A stretch of 55,343 bases of DNA from Clostridia bacterium (GCA_024403065.1 JAKSSM010000001.1:1-55343); one strand, 5' to 3'. Shown: positions 25,963 to 36,134, numbered from the stretch's first letter. The notes: a model not told the origin generated them from the letters alone. Program-made: numbers and translations.

Positions 25963-27072
25963 ATGAGAAAATTTTTTGAATTTTTAAAAGAAAATACTGT
26001 AATTGCGGTGGCTCTTTTTGCATCAGTTGTTACTGCCTTTATTGTAAGACCGGACAAAGCATATCTTTCATACTTTGACCTTAAGACTCTTACATGTCTT
26101 TTTCTTACCCTTGCAGTAATATGTGCGCTTAAAAGAATCCAGTTCTTCAGCATCCTTGCAAAAAGAATTGTAATACGTACAGGGAACCTGAGAGTTCTTG
26201 CTCTTGCCCTTGTATATATTACATTTATCGGTTCAATGATTATTGCAAACGATATGGCCCTGATTACATTTCTCCCTCTTGGCTACTACTCACTCTCTGT
26301 AACAAGAAATGAAAAGCATATGGCCTATGTTTTTGTACTTCAGAATATTTCAGCAAATCTTGGAGGAATGATTACACCTTTTGGAAATCCCCAGAATCTG
26401 TACCTTTATTCCTTCTTCAACATACCAACAGGTGAGTTTATGGGAATAATGTGGAGACCATTTGTCCTTGCCATATTCCTTCTTACAGTCCTCTGTTTTA
26501 TGCTTAAACCTGAGAAGCTCACTCTTGAAAACAGTGTAAAGCAGACACTGCCACCAGGAAAGTGTACAGCATATCTTCTCCTTATGGCATTCTCACTTCT
26601 CATAGTATTCCGTGTAGTGCCATACCTTGTGGGACTTCTTGTAATTCCGGTAATTCTTTTCTTTATGGACAGAAAGGCACTTCTTGAGGTGGACTATGGA
26701 CTTCTTCTCACATTTACACTTTTCTTCATATTCTCAGGTAATATGGCAAGAATTGAACTTGTAAACAGTGTGATGTCCAGGCTTCTTTCATATAATGCAC
26801 TCATATTTTCAGAACTGTCATGTCAGGTGATTTCCAATGTTCCATCGGCAATCCTTCTTTCACAGTTTACTGAAAACTACAGAGAACTCCTTCTTGGAGT
26901 TAACATCGGTGGTACAGGTACACTTATTGCGTCCCTTGCATCACTTATAACATTCAATCACTATAGAGCACTTTATCCAGATCACACAAAGGAATATCTC
27001 CTTACATTTGCAGCACTTAATGTATTTTTCCTTGTGGTGATGACTGTATTTTCATATTTTTTCTTTACATAG
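25963..27072 (+). CDS. ArsB/NhaD-superfamily (CitMHS-like) anion permease
   Basis: 369 aa, about 10 TM, GNPQNL motif typical of citrate-transporter-like permeases. Confidence 0.6.
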   Translation: MRKFFEFLKENTVIAVALFASVVTAFIVRPDKAYLSYFDLKTLTCLFLTLAVICALKRIQFFSILAKRIVIRTGNLRVLALALVYITFIGSMIIANDMALITFLPLGYYSLSVTRNEKHMAYVFVLQNISANLGGMITPFGNPQNLYLYSFFNIPTGEFMGIMWRPFVLAIFLLTVLCFMLKPEKLTLENSVKQTLPPGKCTAYLLLMAFSLLIVFRVVPYLVGLLVIPVILFFMDRKALLEVDYGLLLTFTLFFIFSGNMARIELVNSVMSRLLSYNALIFSELSCQVISNVPSAILLSQFTENYRELLLGVNIGGTGTLIASLASLITFNHYRALYPDHTKEYLLTFAALNVFFLVVMTVFSYFFFT

Positions 27073-27082
27073 GGAGGCATTT

Positions 27083-27697
27083 ATGAATAGAATAATAACT
27101 ATAGGAAGAGAATTCGGTTCAGGTGGAAGAGAAATAGGACTTCTCCTTTCTGAAAAACTTGGCATTCCTTTCTATGACAAGGAAATAATAACGCTTACTG
27201 CTGAAGCAGGTGGAATCAGTGAGGATCTCATAAAAGCCCATGAAGAGGGAATAGGGTTAGCAGGAAAGAAGATTGCAAGCCGTATGAAATATGCATCCTT
27301 CATGTACAGCCCATCTCTTTCAGACAGTATCTTCCTTCATCAGTGTGATGCCATAAGAAAACTGGCATCAAGTGGCCCATGCGTAATCGTTGGACGATGT
27401 GCAGACTATGTCTTAAGAGATATGGGAAGTGTAAATGTATTCATAGCATCTGCTATGGACTCAAAAGTAAAGAGAAAAAGAGCCATGGCTCCAGAAAAGG
27501 CCGACTACACTGAAAAGGAATTTGAAAAGTGGATCAGTGACGTAAATGAAGCAAGATGCAACTATTACGAACACTATACAAAACAGGGCTGGGGAAGAAT
27601 CCAGAACTATCATCTCTGCATCCATTCAGACCTTTGTGGTATTCAGGGTGCAGTAGATACAATTATTGCTTATCTTTCCGCTATTGAAAAGAAATAG
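27083..27697 (+). CDS. Cytidylate kinase-like family protein
   Basis: IITIGREFGSGGREIG...LGIPFYDKEII N-terminus is characteristic of this family. Confidence 0.7.
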   Translation: MNRIITIGREFGSGGREIGLLLSEKLGIPFYDKEIITLTAEAGGISEDLIKAHEEGIGLAGKKIASRMKYASFMYSPSLSDSIFLHQCDAIRKLASSGPCVIVGRCADYVLRDMGSVNVFIASAMDSKVKRKRAMAPEKADYTEKEFEKWISDVNEARCNYYEHYTKQGWGRIQNYHLCIHSDLCGIQGAVDTIIAYLSAIEKK

Positions 27698-27717
27698 AGA
27701 GAAAAGGGGGTATATCT

Positions 27718-28503
27718 ATGGAACAGAGAGAAGTAAAGACAACAGAAGAAAAGAAAGTTACACGCGAGAAAAACGGGGAAAACACCCTCGTTACTTTCCT
27801 TACTCCAAAGAAACACGCAAGATTTCTTAAGGGACTTGTAATAGGTCTGATTATCGGGATGCTCTTCACATATGTAATAGGACTCAATACTTTAAGAGGA
27901 AAGCTTTTCAACAAGGTTGGAGCAGGTAAAGAATTTGTGGATAAGCTTATAGATGAACGACTCTTCGGCTACACATCAGCAGACTTTACAGAAACCATTC
28001 TTGGAGAAGCAACTGCCCATCAGGAGCTGATTGTAATGGAGCAGCCTTTAACCGTTGCAACAACAATAACAAAGGCAGGCCTTGGCAACTGGGCAATGTT
28101 CTCAAAGACAAAGAACATTACATATGCAGGTACAGGTGTATATACAGTTGACTTAAGCAAGATCCATCGTGAAAACATTGTGGTGGACAAGGATTCAAAG
28201 CTTGTTACCGTATATATTGAACATGCTGAACTCAAGTACATCAATATTGACTACGACAGAATTGAGTTTGAAAACACTGAGAACGGATTTTTTACTATAG
28301 GTGATATCAAGTTCACAGCAGAACAGCAGAATGACCTTGAAATGTCCGTAAAGGAAGAAATGAAAAAGACCCTTGATTCTGAAACACTCCTTGCTGATGC
28401 AGACAGATTTGCAGTCCTTAAGGCATGGGAAACATTCAGTCCACAGGTACTTTCCATGAATCCTTTCTACAGAGTTCAGGTTAAGTTTGCTGACCAGATG
28501 TAA
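27718..28503 (+). CDS. Membrane-anchored hypothetical protein (DUF4230-like)
   Basis: Charged N-terminus, one TM, about 190-aa extracytoplasmic domain. The family call is a weak recollection. Confidence 0.45.
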   Translation: MEQREVKTTEEKKVTREKNGENTLVTFLTPKKHARFLKGLVIGLIIGMLFTYVIGLNTLRGKLFNKVGAGKEFVDKLIDERLFGYTSADFTETILGEATAHQELIVMEQPLTVATTITKAGLGNWAMFSKTKNITYAGTGVYTVDLSKIHRENIVVDKDSKLVTVYIEHAELKYINIDYDRIEFENTENGFFTIGDIKFTAEQQNDLEMSVKEEMKKTLDSETLLADADRFAVLKAWETFSPQVLSMNPFYRVQVKFADQM

Positions 28504-28512
28504 CGCAGATTC

Positions 28513-28535
28513 AGGACCCTTCGGGGTCCTTTTTC
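28513..28535 (+). terminator. Rho-independent terminator
   Basis: AGGACCC-TTCG-GGGTCCT followed by TTTTT. Confidence 0.85.
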
Positions 28536-28660
28536 ATTCCAGAAATGCACAGAAACGGTTTTATGCAGCATATTATGACTATTATGCATTAAAATATTAC
28601 TTTTTTGCAAATTGCATTGAAAATAATGCATATTTCTTCAAAAAATATGTATAAAAGTTA

Positions 28661-28688
28661 TTGACAAATGAATGGAAACGACTATAAT
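28661..28688 (+). promoter_or_regulatory. Near-consensus sigma-A promoter of the M20/amino-acid ABC operon
   Basis: TTGACA, 16-nt spacer, TATAAT. 34 nt upstream of ATG 28722. Confidence 0.7.
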
Positions 28689-28721
28689 GCTATTATGAAT
28701 TTCATATTAAGGAGAGATGCA

Positions 28722-29954
28722 ATGTTTACACCAGAAAAAATAGAAAAATATGTAATGGATAATAAGGATGAGGCAATAAGCCTTATTGTTGAAGCAATAC
28801 AGTCACCAAGCCCAACAGGTTTCGAACAGCCAATGGGTAAGACAATGAAAAAGTGGATTGAAAGTGCAGGCCTTGAAGCAAAGTGCTACTGCTATGATCA
28901 GGACAGACCAAACTTCATCGCTGACTGGAACGGAACAAATGCCGGAAAAGAAGGTTCAAAGAAGTTCCTCTTTAACGGACATATGGACGTATTCCCTCCA
29001 ACAGCAAAGGATGATCCAGACTACAACCCATGGTCAGGTGAAATCAAGGACGGCTTCATCTATGGACGTGGTGCGAGTGATATGAAGGGTGGCGACTGCG
29101 CAGCAATGATGGCAGTAAAGTTCCTGAAGGAAATGGGATTTGATCCAAACGGTACTATCACATTAAACTACGTATCCGATGAAGAAAATGGTGGAAAGTA
29201 TGGAGTTAACTCCCTGCTTGATGAAGGTTTCCTTAATGCTGACTTTGGTATCAGCATGGAACCAACAGACAACAAGATGAAGATCGGACATGGTGCAATT
29301 TACCCATGCAAGATTACAGTATATGGTGATGGCGGTTCATCCAGTGAACCAATCGTTCCAAACGACATCGACAACATCTATGGTGGTGAAGATGCAATCA
29401 AGAAAGGAATGAAGGCTGTAGCTGCACTTAATGGCATTCAGGACAACATCCTTTCAAAGAAGGAAACAAAGTACGGAACACATCTTTCAGTAACAAAGAT
29501 CAACGCTGGTAAAGCTGTCAACAACTATGCAAGAGAATGCGTAATCTGTATCGATAGACGTTTCTCCAGCCCTGAAACAGTAGAATCCGTTGACAAGGAA
29601 ATCTGTGATGCACTGGATGCAGTAAAGAAGACTGACCCAACATTCACATACAAGTTTGAAGGCTTCTATGAACCAATGACTCCAGAATTCACTGTTGACC
29701 TTGAATCTGAAGTTGTTAAGGCTGTTGAAGCTTCCTACAAAGAAGTATATGATGGCAAGGAAATTGAAAAGTACACTATGCCAGGCGGTTCAGACATGGC
29801 ATTCGTACATGCAAAATACGGATTTGAAACTCCTTGGTTCGGACCAGGAAACCACAATGGTGTAGCAGGTTCATTCGAAAACCTGAGTATCGATAACTAC
29901 CTTAAGTGCATCATGGTATATATGAATACATTAGTAAAGTTAATGTCAAAGTAA
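28722..29954 (+). CDS. M20 family metallopeptidase / ArgE-DapE-type deacylase (copy 1)
   Basis: Metal ligand motifs GHMDV, GRGASDMKGG and SDEENGG. AAGGAG RBS before ATG 28722 (the track start 28668 lies inside the promoter). Confidence 0.85.
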   Translation: MFTPEKIEKYVMDNKDEAISLIVEAIQSPSPTGFEQPMGKTMKKWIESAGLEAKCYCYDQDRPNFIADWNGTNAGKEGSKKFLFNGHMDVFPPTAKDDPDYNPWSGEIKDGFIYGRGASDMKGGDCAAMMAVKFLKEMGFDPNGTITLNYVSDEENGGKYGVNSLLDEGFLNADFGISMEPTDNKMKIGHGAIYPCKITVYGDGGSSSEPIVPNDIDNIYGGEDAIKKGMKAVAALNGIQDNILSKKETKYGTHLSVTKINAGKAVNNYARECVICIDRRFSSPETVESVDKEICDALDAVKKTDPTFTYKFEGFYEPMTPEFTVDLESEVVKAVEASYKEVYDGKEIEKYTMPGGSDMAFVHAKYGFETPWFGPGNHNGVAGSFENLSIDNYLKCIMVYMNTLVKLMSK

Positions 29955-29981
29955 AGACATCGGAAAGGATATACATTTTAA

Positions 29982-31214
29982 ATGATTACTAGCGAACAGA
30001 TTAAAAAATATGTTGAAGAGCACGAAGCAGAAGCTCTTCAGTGCATTGTAGAAGCAGTTCAGTCACCAAGCCCAACAGGTGCAGAACAGCCAATGAGAAA
30101 GATGGTAGAAAAGTGGCTTGGAAAGCTTGATGTAGAAGTAAACAAGTACTTCTATGATCAGGACAGACCAAACTTCATTGCTGAATGGAAGGGTACAGAC
30201 TGCGGAAAAGAAGGAACAAAAACTTTACTTTTCAACGGACACATGGACGTATTCCCTGTAGAAAAGGACGATGAGGATCCAGACTACAACCCATGGTCAG
30301 GTGAAATCAAGGATGGATATGTAATAGGCCGTGGCGCATGCGACATGAAGGGTGGCGACTGTGCAGCAATGATGGCAGTAAAGTTCCTTCAGGAAATGGG
30401 ATTTGATCCAAATGGTAAAGTAATTCTTAACTACGTATCTGACGAAGAACGTGGTGGCGAATTCGGTACAAACTCACTTTTAAACGATGGTTTTCTTAAC
30501 GCTGACTTTGGTATCAGCATGGAACCAACAGACAACTGTTTAAAGCTCGGACATGGTGCGATTTACCCATGTTCAGTAGTAGTATATGGTGACGGCGGTT
30601 CATCCAGTGAACCAATCGTTCCAAATGACATCGACAACATCTATGGTGGTGAAGATGCAATCAAGAAGGCAATGAAGGCTCTTACAGCATTAAACAAGCT
30701 TCAGGACGAAGTAATCTCAAAGAAGACTACAAAGTTCGGTTCAAGCCTCTATGTTACAAAGATCAACGCTGGTAAAGCTGTTAACAACTATGCAAGAGAA
30801 TGTGAAATCTGTATCGACAGACGTTTCTCATCCCCAGAAACAGTAGAATCAGTTGATGCTGAAATCTGTGCAGCACTTGATGAAATCAAGAAGACTGACC
30901 CAACATTCGCATACAAGTTTGCTGGATTCTATGAGCCAATGACTCCAGAATTCGATATCGATGTTGAATCAGATGTATGCAAGGCACTTTCTGAATCATA
31001 CAAGGCTGTATATGGAAAAGAAGTTACAACAATGATTGCTCCTGCCGGTTCAGACATGGCATTCATCAAAGACAAGTGGGGATATCAGACTCCAATCTTA
31101 GGACCTGGAACTCACAAGGGTGTAGCTGGAAAATATGAAATGTTAAGAGTTGACAATTATCTTAACTGTATCCAGATCTACATGAACTCAATCGTTAAGT
31201 TACTTTCAAAGTAA
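29982..31214 (+). CDS. M20 family metallopeptidase / ArgE-DapE-type deacylase (copy 2, tandem paralogue)
   Basis: Collinear with copy 1 over its full length, with long identical blocks such as GDGGSSSEPIVPNDIDNIYGGEDAIKK. Confidence 0.85.
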   Translation: MITSEQIKKYVEEHEAEALQCIVEAVQSPSPTGAEQPMRKMVEKWLGKLDVEVNKYFYDQDRPNFIAEWKGTDCGKEGTKTLLFNGHMDVFPVEKDDEDPDYNPWSGEIKDGYVIGRGACDMKGGDCAAMMAVKFLQEMGFDPNGKVILNYVSDEERGGEFGTNSLLNDGFLNADFGISMEPTDNCLKLGHGAIYPCSVVVYGDGGSSSEPIVPNDIDNIYGGEDAIKKAMKALTALNKLQDEVISKKTTKFGSSLYVTKINAGKAVNNYARECEICIDRRFSSPETVESVDAEICAALDEIKKTDPTFAYKFAGFYEPMTPEFDIDVESDVCKALSESYKAVYGKEVTTMIAPAGSDMAFIKDKWGYQTPILGPGTHKGVAGKYEMLRVDNYLNCIQIYMNSIVKLLSK

Positions 31215-31244
31215 AGATGTATATATTTTAAAGGAGAAAGAAAA

Positions 31245-32021
31245 ATGAAGAACTTAAAGAAATTTTTATGCGTAGTATTAGTACTCGTAATGATCTTCTC
31301 AATCGCAGCATGCGGTAAGAAGGAAGAACCAAAGGATGATGTAAAGACTTATACAGTTCTTACAGAAGCTACATACCCTCCATTCGAATCATATGATACA
31401 GATGGAAAGCTTGTAGGTGTTGATATTGACCTTATCGAAGCAATCGCTGAAGATCAGGGATTCAAGGTTGTATGGCAGGATATCGCATTCGATTCCCTCA
31501 TTCCAGCAATCCAGTCAGACCAGGGCGACATCATCGCTGCATTCATGGTTAAGACACCTGTCAGAATGGAAAAGGTTGACTTCACTGAAGGATACTACAC
31601 TGGTGGATATTCCTTAATCGTTAAGGAAGGTAACGACAAAATCAAGTCAATTGACGATTTAACACCTGATATGGTAGTTGCAAGCCAGATGGGTACAGTA
31701 GAATGGAACAAGGCTAACGAATTAAAGGAAGCTGGAAAAATCAAGGACGTTATTTCCAACAACGACTTCGTTACATGCGTAATGCAGACAATCAATGGAG
31801 AAATTGATGCTACATTAGTAGGTGTTATCACATCAAAGGCATACCTCGCTAAGTTCCCAGGAAAGATCAAGCTTGTTGACTTTGAAGAATCAACAGATGC
31901 TCCATCAGCATTCGCTGTAAAGAAGGGTAACACAGAACTCTTAAACATGCTTGATGAAGGCTTAAAGCACATCAAGGAAAACGGCAAGTATGACGAAATC
32001 ATTCTTAAGTGGGTTGACTAA
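31245..32021 (+). CDS. Amino-acid ABC transporter substrate-binding lipoprotein (family 3 SBP)
   Basis: Lipobox IAAC. YPPFE and DIDL motifs typical of polar amino-acid binding proteins. Confidence 0.85.
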   Translation: MKNLKKFLCVVLVLVMIFSIAACGKKEEPKDDVKTYTVLTEATYPPFESYDTDGKLVGVDIDLIEAIAEDQGFKVVWQDIAFDSLIPAIQSDQGDIIAAFMVKTPVRMEKVDFTEGYYTGGYSLIVKEGNDKIKSIDDLTPDMVVASQMGTVEWNKANELKEAGKIKDVISNNDFVTCVMQTINGEIDATLVGVITSKAYLAKFPGKIKLVDFEESTDAPSAFAVKKGNTELLNMLDEGLKHIKENGKYDEIILKWVD

Positions 32022-32040
32022 TCTGAAAAATTAAAATGAA

Positions 32041-32072
32041 AACTGTGTGCCTTTTCTGGCACACGGTTTTTG
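32041..32072 (+). terminator. Intra-operon hairpin/terminator between SBP and permease genes
   Basis: AACTGTGTGCC-TTTTCT-GGCACACGGTT followed by TTTTT. Confidence 0.7.
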
Positions 32073-32132
32073 TTCGTTATAGGTAGATTGAAAGTGCATG
32101 TTATGCACAACTAAAGAAATTCAGGAGATTTT

Positions 32133-32849
32133 ATGGCAATTTATTTAAAAGGTGTAATGGTAGCATTAAAGGGACTGCCAAGAACACTTCAGGTAAGTGC
32201 ATTTGCGCTTGTTGTAGGTATTGTTCTCGGACTTTTCCTTGCACTCGCCAAGATGTCAGGAAGCAAGGTGCTGAAAGTTCTTGCAAGTGTATATATTGAA
32301 GTAATCCGTAGTACTCCAATGATTGCTCAGGCCCTCATCATGGCCTACGGTGTCCCAATGATCCTTCAGAGCAAGGGTATAAACTTCAAGTGGGGTAACC
32401 TCCTTATTCCAGCTTTAATCGTATGCGGACTCAACTCTGCTGCATATATGGCTGAAGTAATCCGAAGCGGTATTCAGGCAATTGACAAGGGTCAGATAGA
32501 AGCAGCTCATTCCCTTGGTATGAGCAAGCGTCAGGTAAACATGCTCATTGTCCTTCCACAGGCATTCAAGATTGTTATTCCTGCTCTTGTAAACGAACTT
32601 GTAACACTTATCAAGGAAACATCAATCTTAGCATATGTAGGAGTTGTAGAAGTAATCCGTAGCGCTCAGCTCTGGAATGCTACAACATTTGAAACATTCC
32701 CTGCATATGTAGGTGCTGCAGTAGTATATTTCATCGTATGCTTCCCAATGTCAAAGGGAGTACAGTATCTTGAAAAGAGATTAAGTGCAGATAAACCTGT
32801 AAAAAAGAGTGAAACTGAAAAGAGTGAAGGAAAGGGAGGCATAAGATGA
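32133..32849 (+). CDS. Amino-acid ABC transporter permease (HisM/GlnP-like)
   Basis: EAA-type loop [23 protein letters not shown], about 5 TM. Confidence 0.85.
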   Translation: MAIYLKGVMVALKGLPRTLQVSAFALVVGIVLGLFLALAKMSGSKVLKVLASVYIEVIRSTPMIAQALIMAYGVPMILQSKGINFKWGNLLIPALIVCGLNSAAYMAEVIRSGIQAIDKGQIEAAHSLGMSKRQVNMLIVLPQAFKIVIPALVNELVTLIKETSILAYVGVVEVIRSAQLWNATTFETFPAYVGAAVVYFIVCFPMSKGVQYLEKRLSADKPVKKSETEKSEGKGGIR

Positions 32850-33565
32850 TAGAAGCAAAGAATATTCATAAGCATTTTACTGACCTTCATGCAGTTAAAG
32901 GCGTAAGCATCACTGTAAAGGATGGCGATGTATTAAGTATTATCGGGCCATCAGGTTCAGGAAAGTCAACATTCTTAAGATGTCTCAACCATCTCGAAAC
33001 TCCAGATGGAGGAGAAGTATATGTTGACGGAGAACTTGTAACAGAAGACAATCTTCAGAACGTAAGAGCAAAGATGGCAATGGTTTTCCAGAACTTCAAT
33101 CTTTTTGACAATCTTACAGTTCTCGGAAATATTACAGTTGCTCCAATTCATGTAAGAAAGCAGAGCAAGGAAGAAGCTGAAAAGAGAGCTATGGAACTCT
33201 TGAAGCTTGTTGGACTTGAAGAAAAAGCCCATGTATATCCTAGAAACCTTTCAGGTGGACAGAAGCAGAGAGTTGCAATTGCAAGAGCACTTGCAATGGA
33301 TCCTGAAGTAATCCTTTTCGACGAACCGACATCAGCACTTGACCCTGAAATGGTAGGAGAAGTACTTGAAGTAATGAAGAAGCTTGCAGCATCCGGTATG
33401 ACAATGCTTGTTGTAACTCATGAAATGGGATTCGCAAGAGAAGTATCCGATGAAGTTATCTTCATGGATGCAGGTGAAATCGTTGAGAGTGGAGATTCAG
33501 AAGAAATCTTCGGAAATCCAAAGACAGAACGTTTAAAGGCATTCCTTAACAAGGTATTAAAGTAG
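32846..33565 (+). CDS. Amino-acid ABC transporter ATP-binding protein (GlnQ-like)
   Basis: Walker [18 protein letters not shown], Walker [12 protein letters not shown]. 4-nt overlap with the permease gene. Confidence 0.9.
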   Translation: MIEAKNIHKHFTDLHAVKGVSITVKDGDVLSIIGPSGSGKSTFLRCLNHLETPDGGEVYVDGELVTEDNLQNVRAKMAMVFQNFNLFDNLTVLGNITVAPIHVRKQSKEEAEKRAMELLKLVGLEEKAHVYPRNLSGGQKQRVAIARALAMDPEVILFDEPTSALDPEMVGEVLEVMKKLAASGMTMLVVTHEMGFAREVSDEVIFMDAGEIVESGDSEEIFGNPKTERLKAFLNKVLK

Positions 33566-33570
33566 AGAAA

Positions 33571-33640
33571 AAAGACCGCGAAATGATATGTACCCAAAAT
33601 CCTGGACACATATCACAAGCGGTCTTTTGTATTGTTTTTT
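33571..33640 (+). terminator. Long imperfect hairpin plus T-rich tract (terminator candidate)
   Basis: Outer stem AAAGACCGC / GCGGTCTTT and inner stem TGATATGT / ACATATCA, followed by TTTTGTATTGTTTTTT. Confidence 0.55.
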
Positions 33641-33776
33641 ATGACATTTTATTAAGGGATATTCTTTTTATATAACAATTAAAGAATATTGTTTCATTTC
33701 TCTCTTTATTAAATAGAAGTTTAATGATAGAATATATTAGTAAAAATGTATATACACGTTAAGGAGGCATTTCAAA

Positions 33777-34712
33777 ATGGATTTGGTAACAACCAAAGAG
33801 ATGTTTAAAAAAGCTTATGAAGGACACTATGCAATCGGCGCATTCAATGTTGATGATGTTGATATCATGCAGGGAGTTCTTGATGGTGTAGTGAGAGCAA
33901 AATCTCCAGTAATCATCGCAATCAGTGAAGGTGCTTTAAAGTTCATGAGACCTTCATATGTAATCGCAGCAGCAAAGGCAGCTGCAAAGGATAATGACAT
34001 TCCTATCGCGCTTCACCTTGACCACGGCAAGGATATGGAACTTGTAAAGCAGTGTGTAGACCTTGGATTCACTTCAGTTATGATCGATGCATCTGCATAT
34101 GATTTCGAAGAAAACGTAAGAATCACAAAGGAAATCGTAGATTATGCACACGCTAAGGGTGTTGTTGTTGAAAGTGAACTTGGTGCTATCTCAGGTATCG
34201 AAGATAATGTAAACGTCGATGACAAGTATGGTCAGTTTACACATCCTGATGATGTTGTTGAGTTCGTAACAAGAACAGGCATCGACTCACTTGCAATTGC
34301 AATCGGTACAGCACACGGTGCATACAAATTCAAGCCAGGTCAGGAACCAAAGCTCAGATTTGATATACTTGAAGAAATTCAGGAAAAACTTCCTGGTTTC
34401 CCACTTGTACTTCACGGAGCATCTTCAGTTCCAAAGGACAGACTTGACATCTTCAACGAATATGGCGGAAAGATGGCACAGGCTGTTGGTATTCCTGAAG
34501 AAATGCTTAAAAAGGCATCACAGATGGCTGTATGCAAAATCAATGTAGGAACAGACATCAGAGTATGCTACTTCGGTGAAATCAGAAAACAGCTTCAGTT
34601 AAAGCCTGAAAAGTTTGATGGAAGATCATTCCTTGAACCAGCAAGAAAGGCTGTAGCTGACATGGTTGAAAAGAGAGTAACTGACGTATTCTTAAGTGCA
34701 GGTAAGGCATAA
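33777..34712 (+). CDS. fba: Class II fructose-1,6-bisphosphate aldolase
   Basis: GAFNV, LHLDHG, AIGTAHG and LVLHGASSVP motifs of class II ketose-bisphosphate aldolases. AAGGAGG RBS. Confidence 0.85.
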   Translation: MDLVTTKEMFKKAYEGHYAIGAFNVDDVDIMQGVLDGVVRAKSPVIIAISEGALKFMRPSYVIAAAKAAAKDNDIPIALHLDHGKDMELVKQCVDLGFTSVMIDASAYDFEENVRITKEIVDYAHAKGVVVESELGAISGIEDNVNVDDKYGQFTHPDDVVEFVTRTGIDSLAIAIGTAHGAYKFKPGQEPKLRFDILEEIQEKLPGFPLVLHGASSVPKDRLDIFNEYGGKMAQAVGIPEEMLKKASQMAVCKINVGTDIRVCYFGEIRKQLQLKPEKFDGRSFLEPARKAVADMVEKRVTDVFLSAGKA

Positions 34713-34777
34713 AAAGGTATTTTCCGGCTCGGCCGTAAAATATATAACATTTTCTTAAATTTCAAAGGAGAAAAATC

Positions 34778-36043
34778 ATGAAAAAGACTATGAAGAAGGT
34801 TCTTGTTCTTGTTCTCGTACTCGCTATGGTATTCGCTATGGCAGCATGCGGAAAGAAAGAAGAACCAGTAGAAGAAAAGTCTGCTGTTCAGACAGCTATC
34901 GAAGCAGCTCAGAAGATGACACTTGCTGAACTCGAAGAAGCAGCTAAGAAGGAACTTGAAGAACACCCAGACCTCGTATTCAACGCAGATTCCCTTACAT
35001 CAGGAATCAAGAAGGCACTTGCTGGCTTCGAAAAGAAGTATGAATGGGCTGCTGGCAAGACAGCTTACAACAGCAAGAAGGGTAGCGAATATCAGCCAAA
35101 GCTTATCGCTGCTCAGAAGGCAAACAGCTACATCGCTGACTTCGTTATGATTCAGGACGCATCATTCCTTAAGAACGCTATGCTTGACACAGGATTCTTA
35201 AGAAGCTACGTTCCAGCAGGCGAAGGAATCGAAATCGCAGCTGAAGACCAGAACCCACTTGTAGGTGTTACATTCAACAAGGTATTTATGTATGACAACA
35301 CTACAGTTGGTGCTGACCAGTTAAAGAACGTATGGCAGATGACTGGAGTTGACGGTGCTACTCTCAAGGGAGTTAACAACGTATCATTCCAGAACCCACT
35401 TGGTGAAGACATCAACATGAGCTTCCTTATCATGCTCACAAGCCCTGCTGCTTGCGAAAAGCTTACAGCTGCTTACAAGAGCTACTTCGGAACTGATTAT
35501 GATGGATCAAAGGATGACTATGAAAACATCGGTTACAAGTTCGTTGCTGAATTCGTTAAGAATGTAGGACACTGGCACAGCTCAGACTCTTCAGAAGTAA
35601 AGAAGATCAACACTTACAATGAAGATGGTAGAATCCTTTTCGCAGGTCTCTGCAAGCTTAAGGATTATGAATTCTACAAGAAGGACTACAAGGATACAGA
35701 CATGTACTATACAAAGACTGTAACAGCTGGTGGCTGGAACAATGACATCGAAGGATTCGATGGATTCGTTTACAACATGTGGACTCTTATCCCAGATACA
35801 GCTCAGCTTCCTTACACAGCATGTCTCTTCATCAACTACATCCATTCAGAAGAAGGCTATGCTGCTGGTTGGGGTGGAGTACTTGGTTACTACTCATCCA
35901 ACAAGAACATCCCATCAGTAGATGGAGACCCAGCTCTTTCCGTATGGAAGGAACAGTGCGTTGTAGAAGATGTAGAATACATCGATTCTGTATACGCTAC
36001 AGCAGTTAAGTTCATCAACATGCAGCTTGCTGGCGTAAAGTAA
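34778..36043 (+). CDS. ABC transporter substrate-binding lipoprotein (Fbp/Afu/ThiB-type system; substrate unknown)
   Basis: Lipobox MAAC. 421 aa. Sits directly upstream of a fused two-module permease and its ATPase. Confidence 0.7.
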   Translation: MKKTMKKVLVLVLVLAMVFAMAACGKKEEPVEEKSAVQTAIEAAQKMTLAELEEAAKKELEEHPDLVFNADSLTSGIKKALAGFEKKYEWAAGKTAYNSKKGSEYQPKLIAAQKANSYIADFVMIQDASFLKNAMLDTGFLRSYVPAGEGIEIAAEDQNPLVGVTFNKVFMYDNTTVGADQLKNVWQMTGVDGATLKGVNNVSFQNPLGEDINMSFLIMLTSPAACEKLTAAYKSYFGTDYDGSKDDYENIGYKFVAEFVKNVGHWHSSDSSEVKKINTYNEDGRILFAGLCKLKDYEFYKKDYKDTDMYYTKTVTAGGWNNDIEGFDGFVYNMWTLIPDTAQLPYTACLFINYIHSEEGYAAGWGGVLGYYSSNKNIPSVDGDPALSVWKEQCVVEDVEYIDSVYATAVKFINMQLAGVK

Positions 36044-36084
36044 TATAGCGCATATATCTAATCCGTTATAGTGATTTGAAAGAT

Positions 36085-36117
36085 AAATAAGGGGGTCTCA
36101 AAGCCCCCTTATTTCTT
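36085..36117 (+). terminator. Intra-operon hairpin/terminator between SBP and permease genes
   Basis: 11-bp stem AAATAAGGGGG / CCCCCTTATTT with an 8-nt loop. Confidence 0.65.
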
Positions 36118-36134
36118 GAATTAGGAGAAGCCTT

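Noticed and set aside
32055-32072. TGGCAC sequence at 32057-32062 as a possible second sigma-54 promoter
   Set aside because: It is the descending arm of a terminator hairpin. The -12 element is absent (TGGCAC-ACGGT-TTTTG rather than TTGC), and there is no activator gene or UAS nearby.
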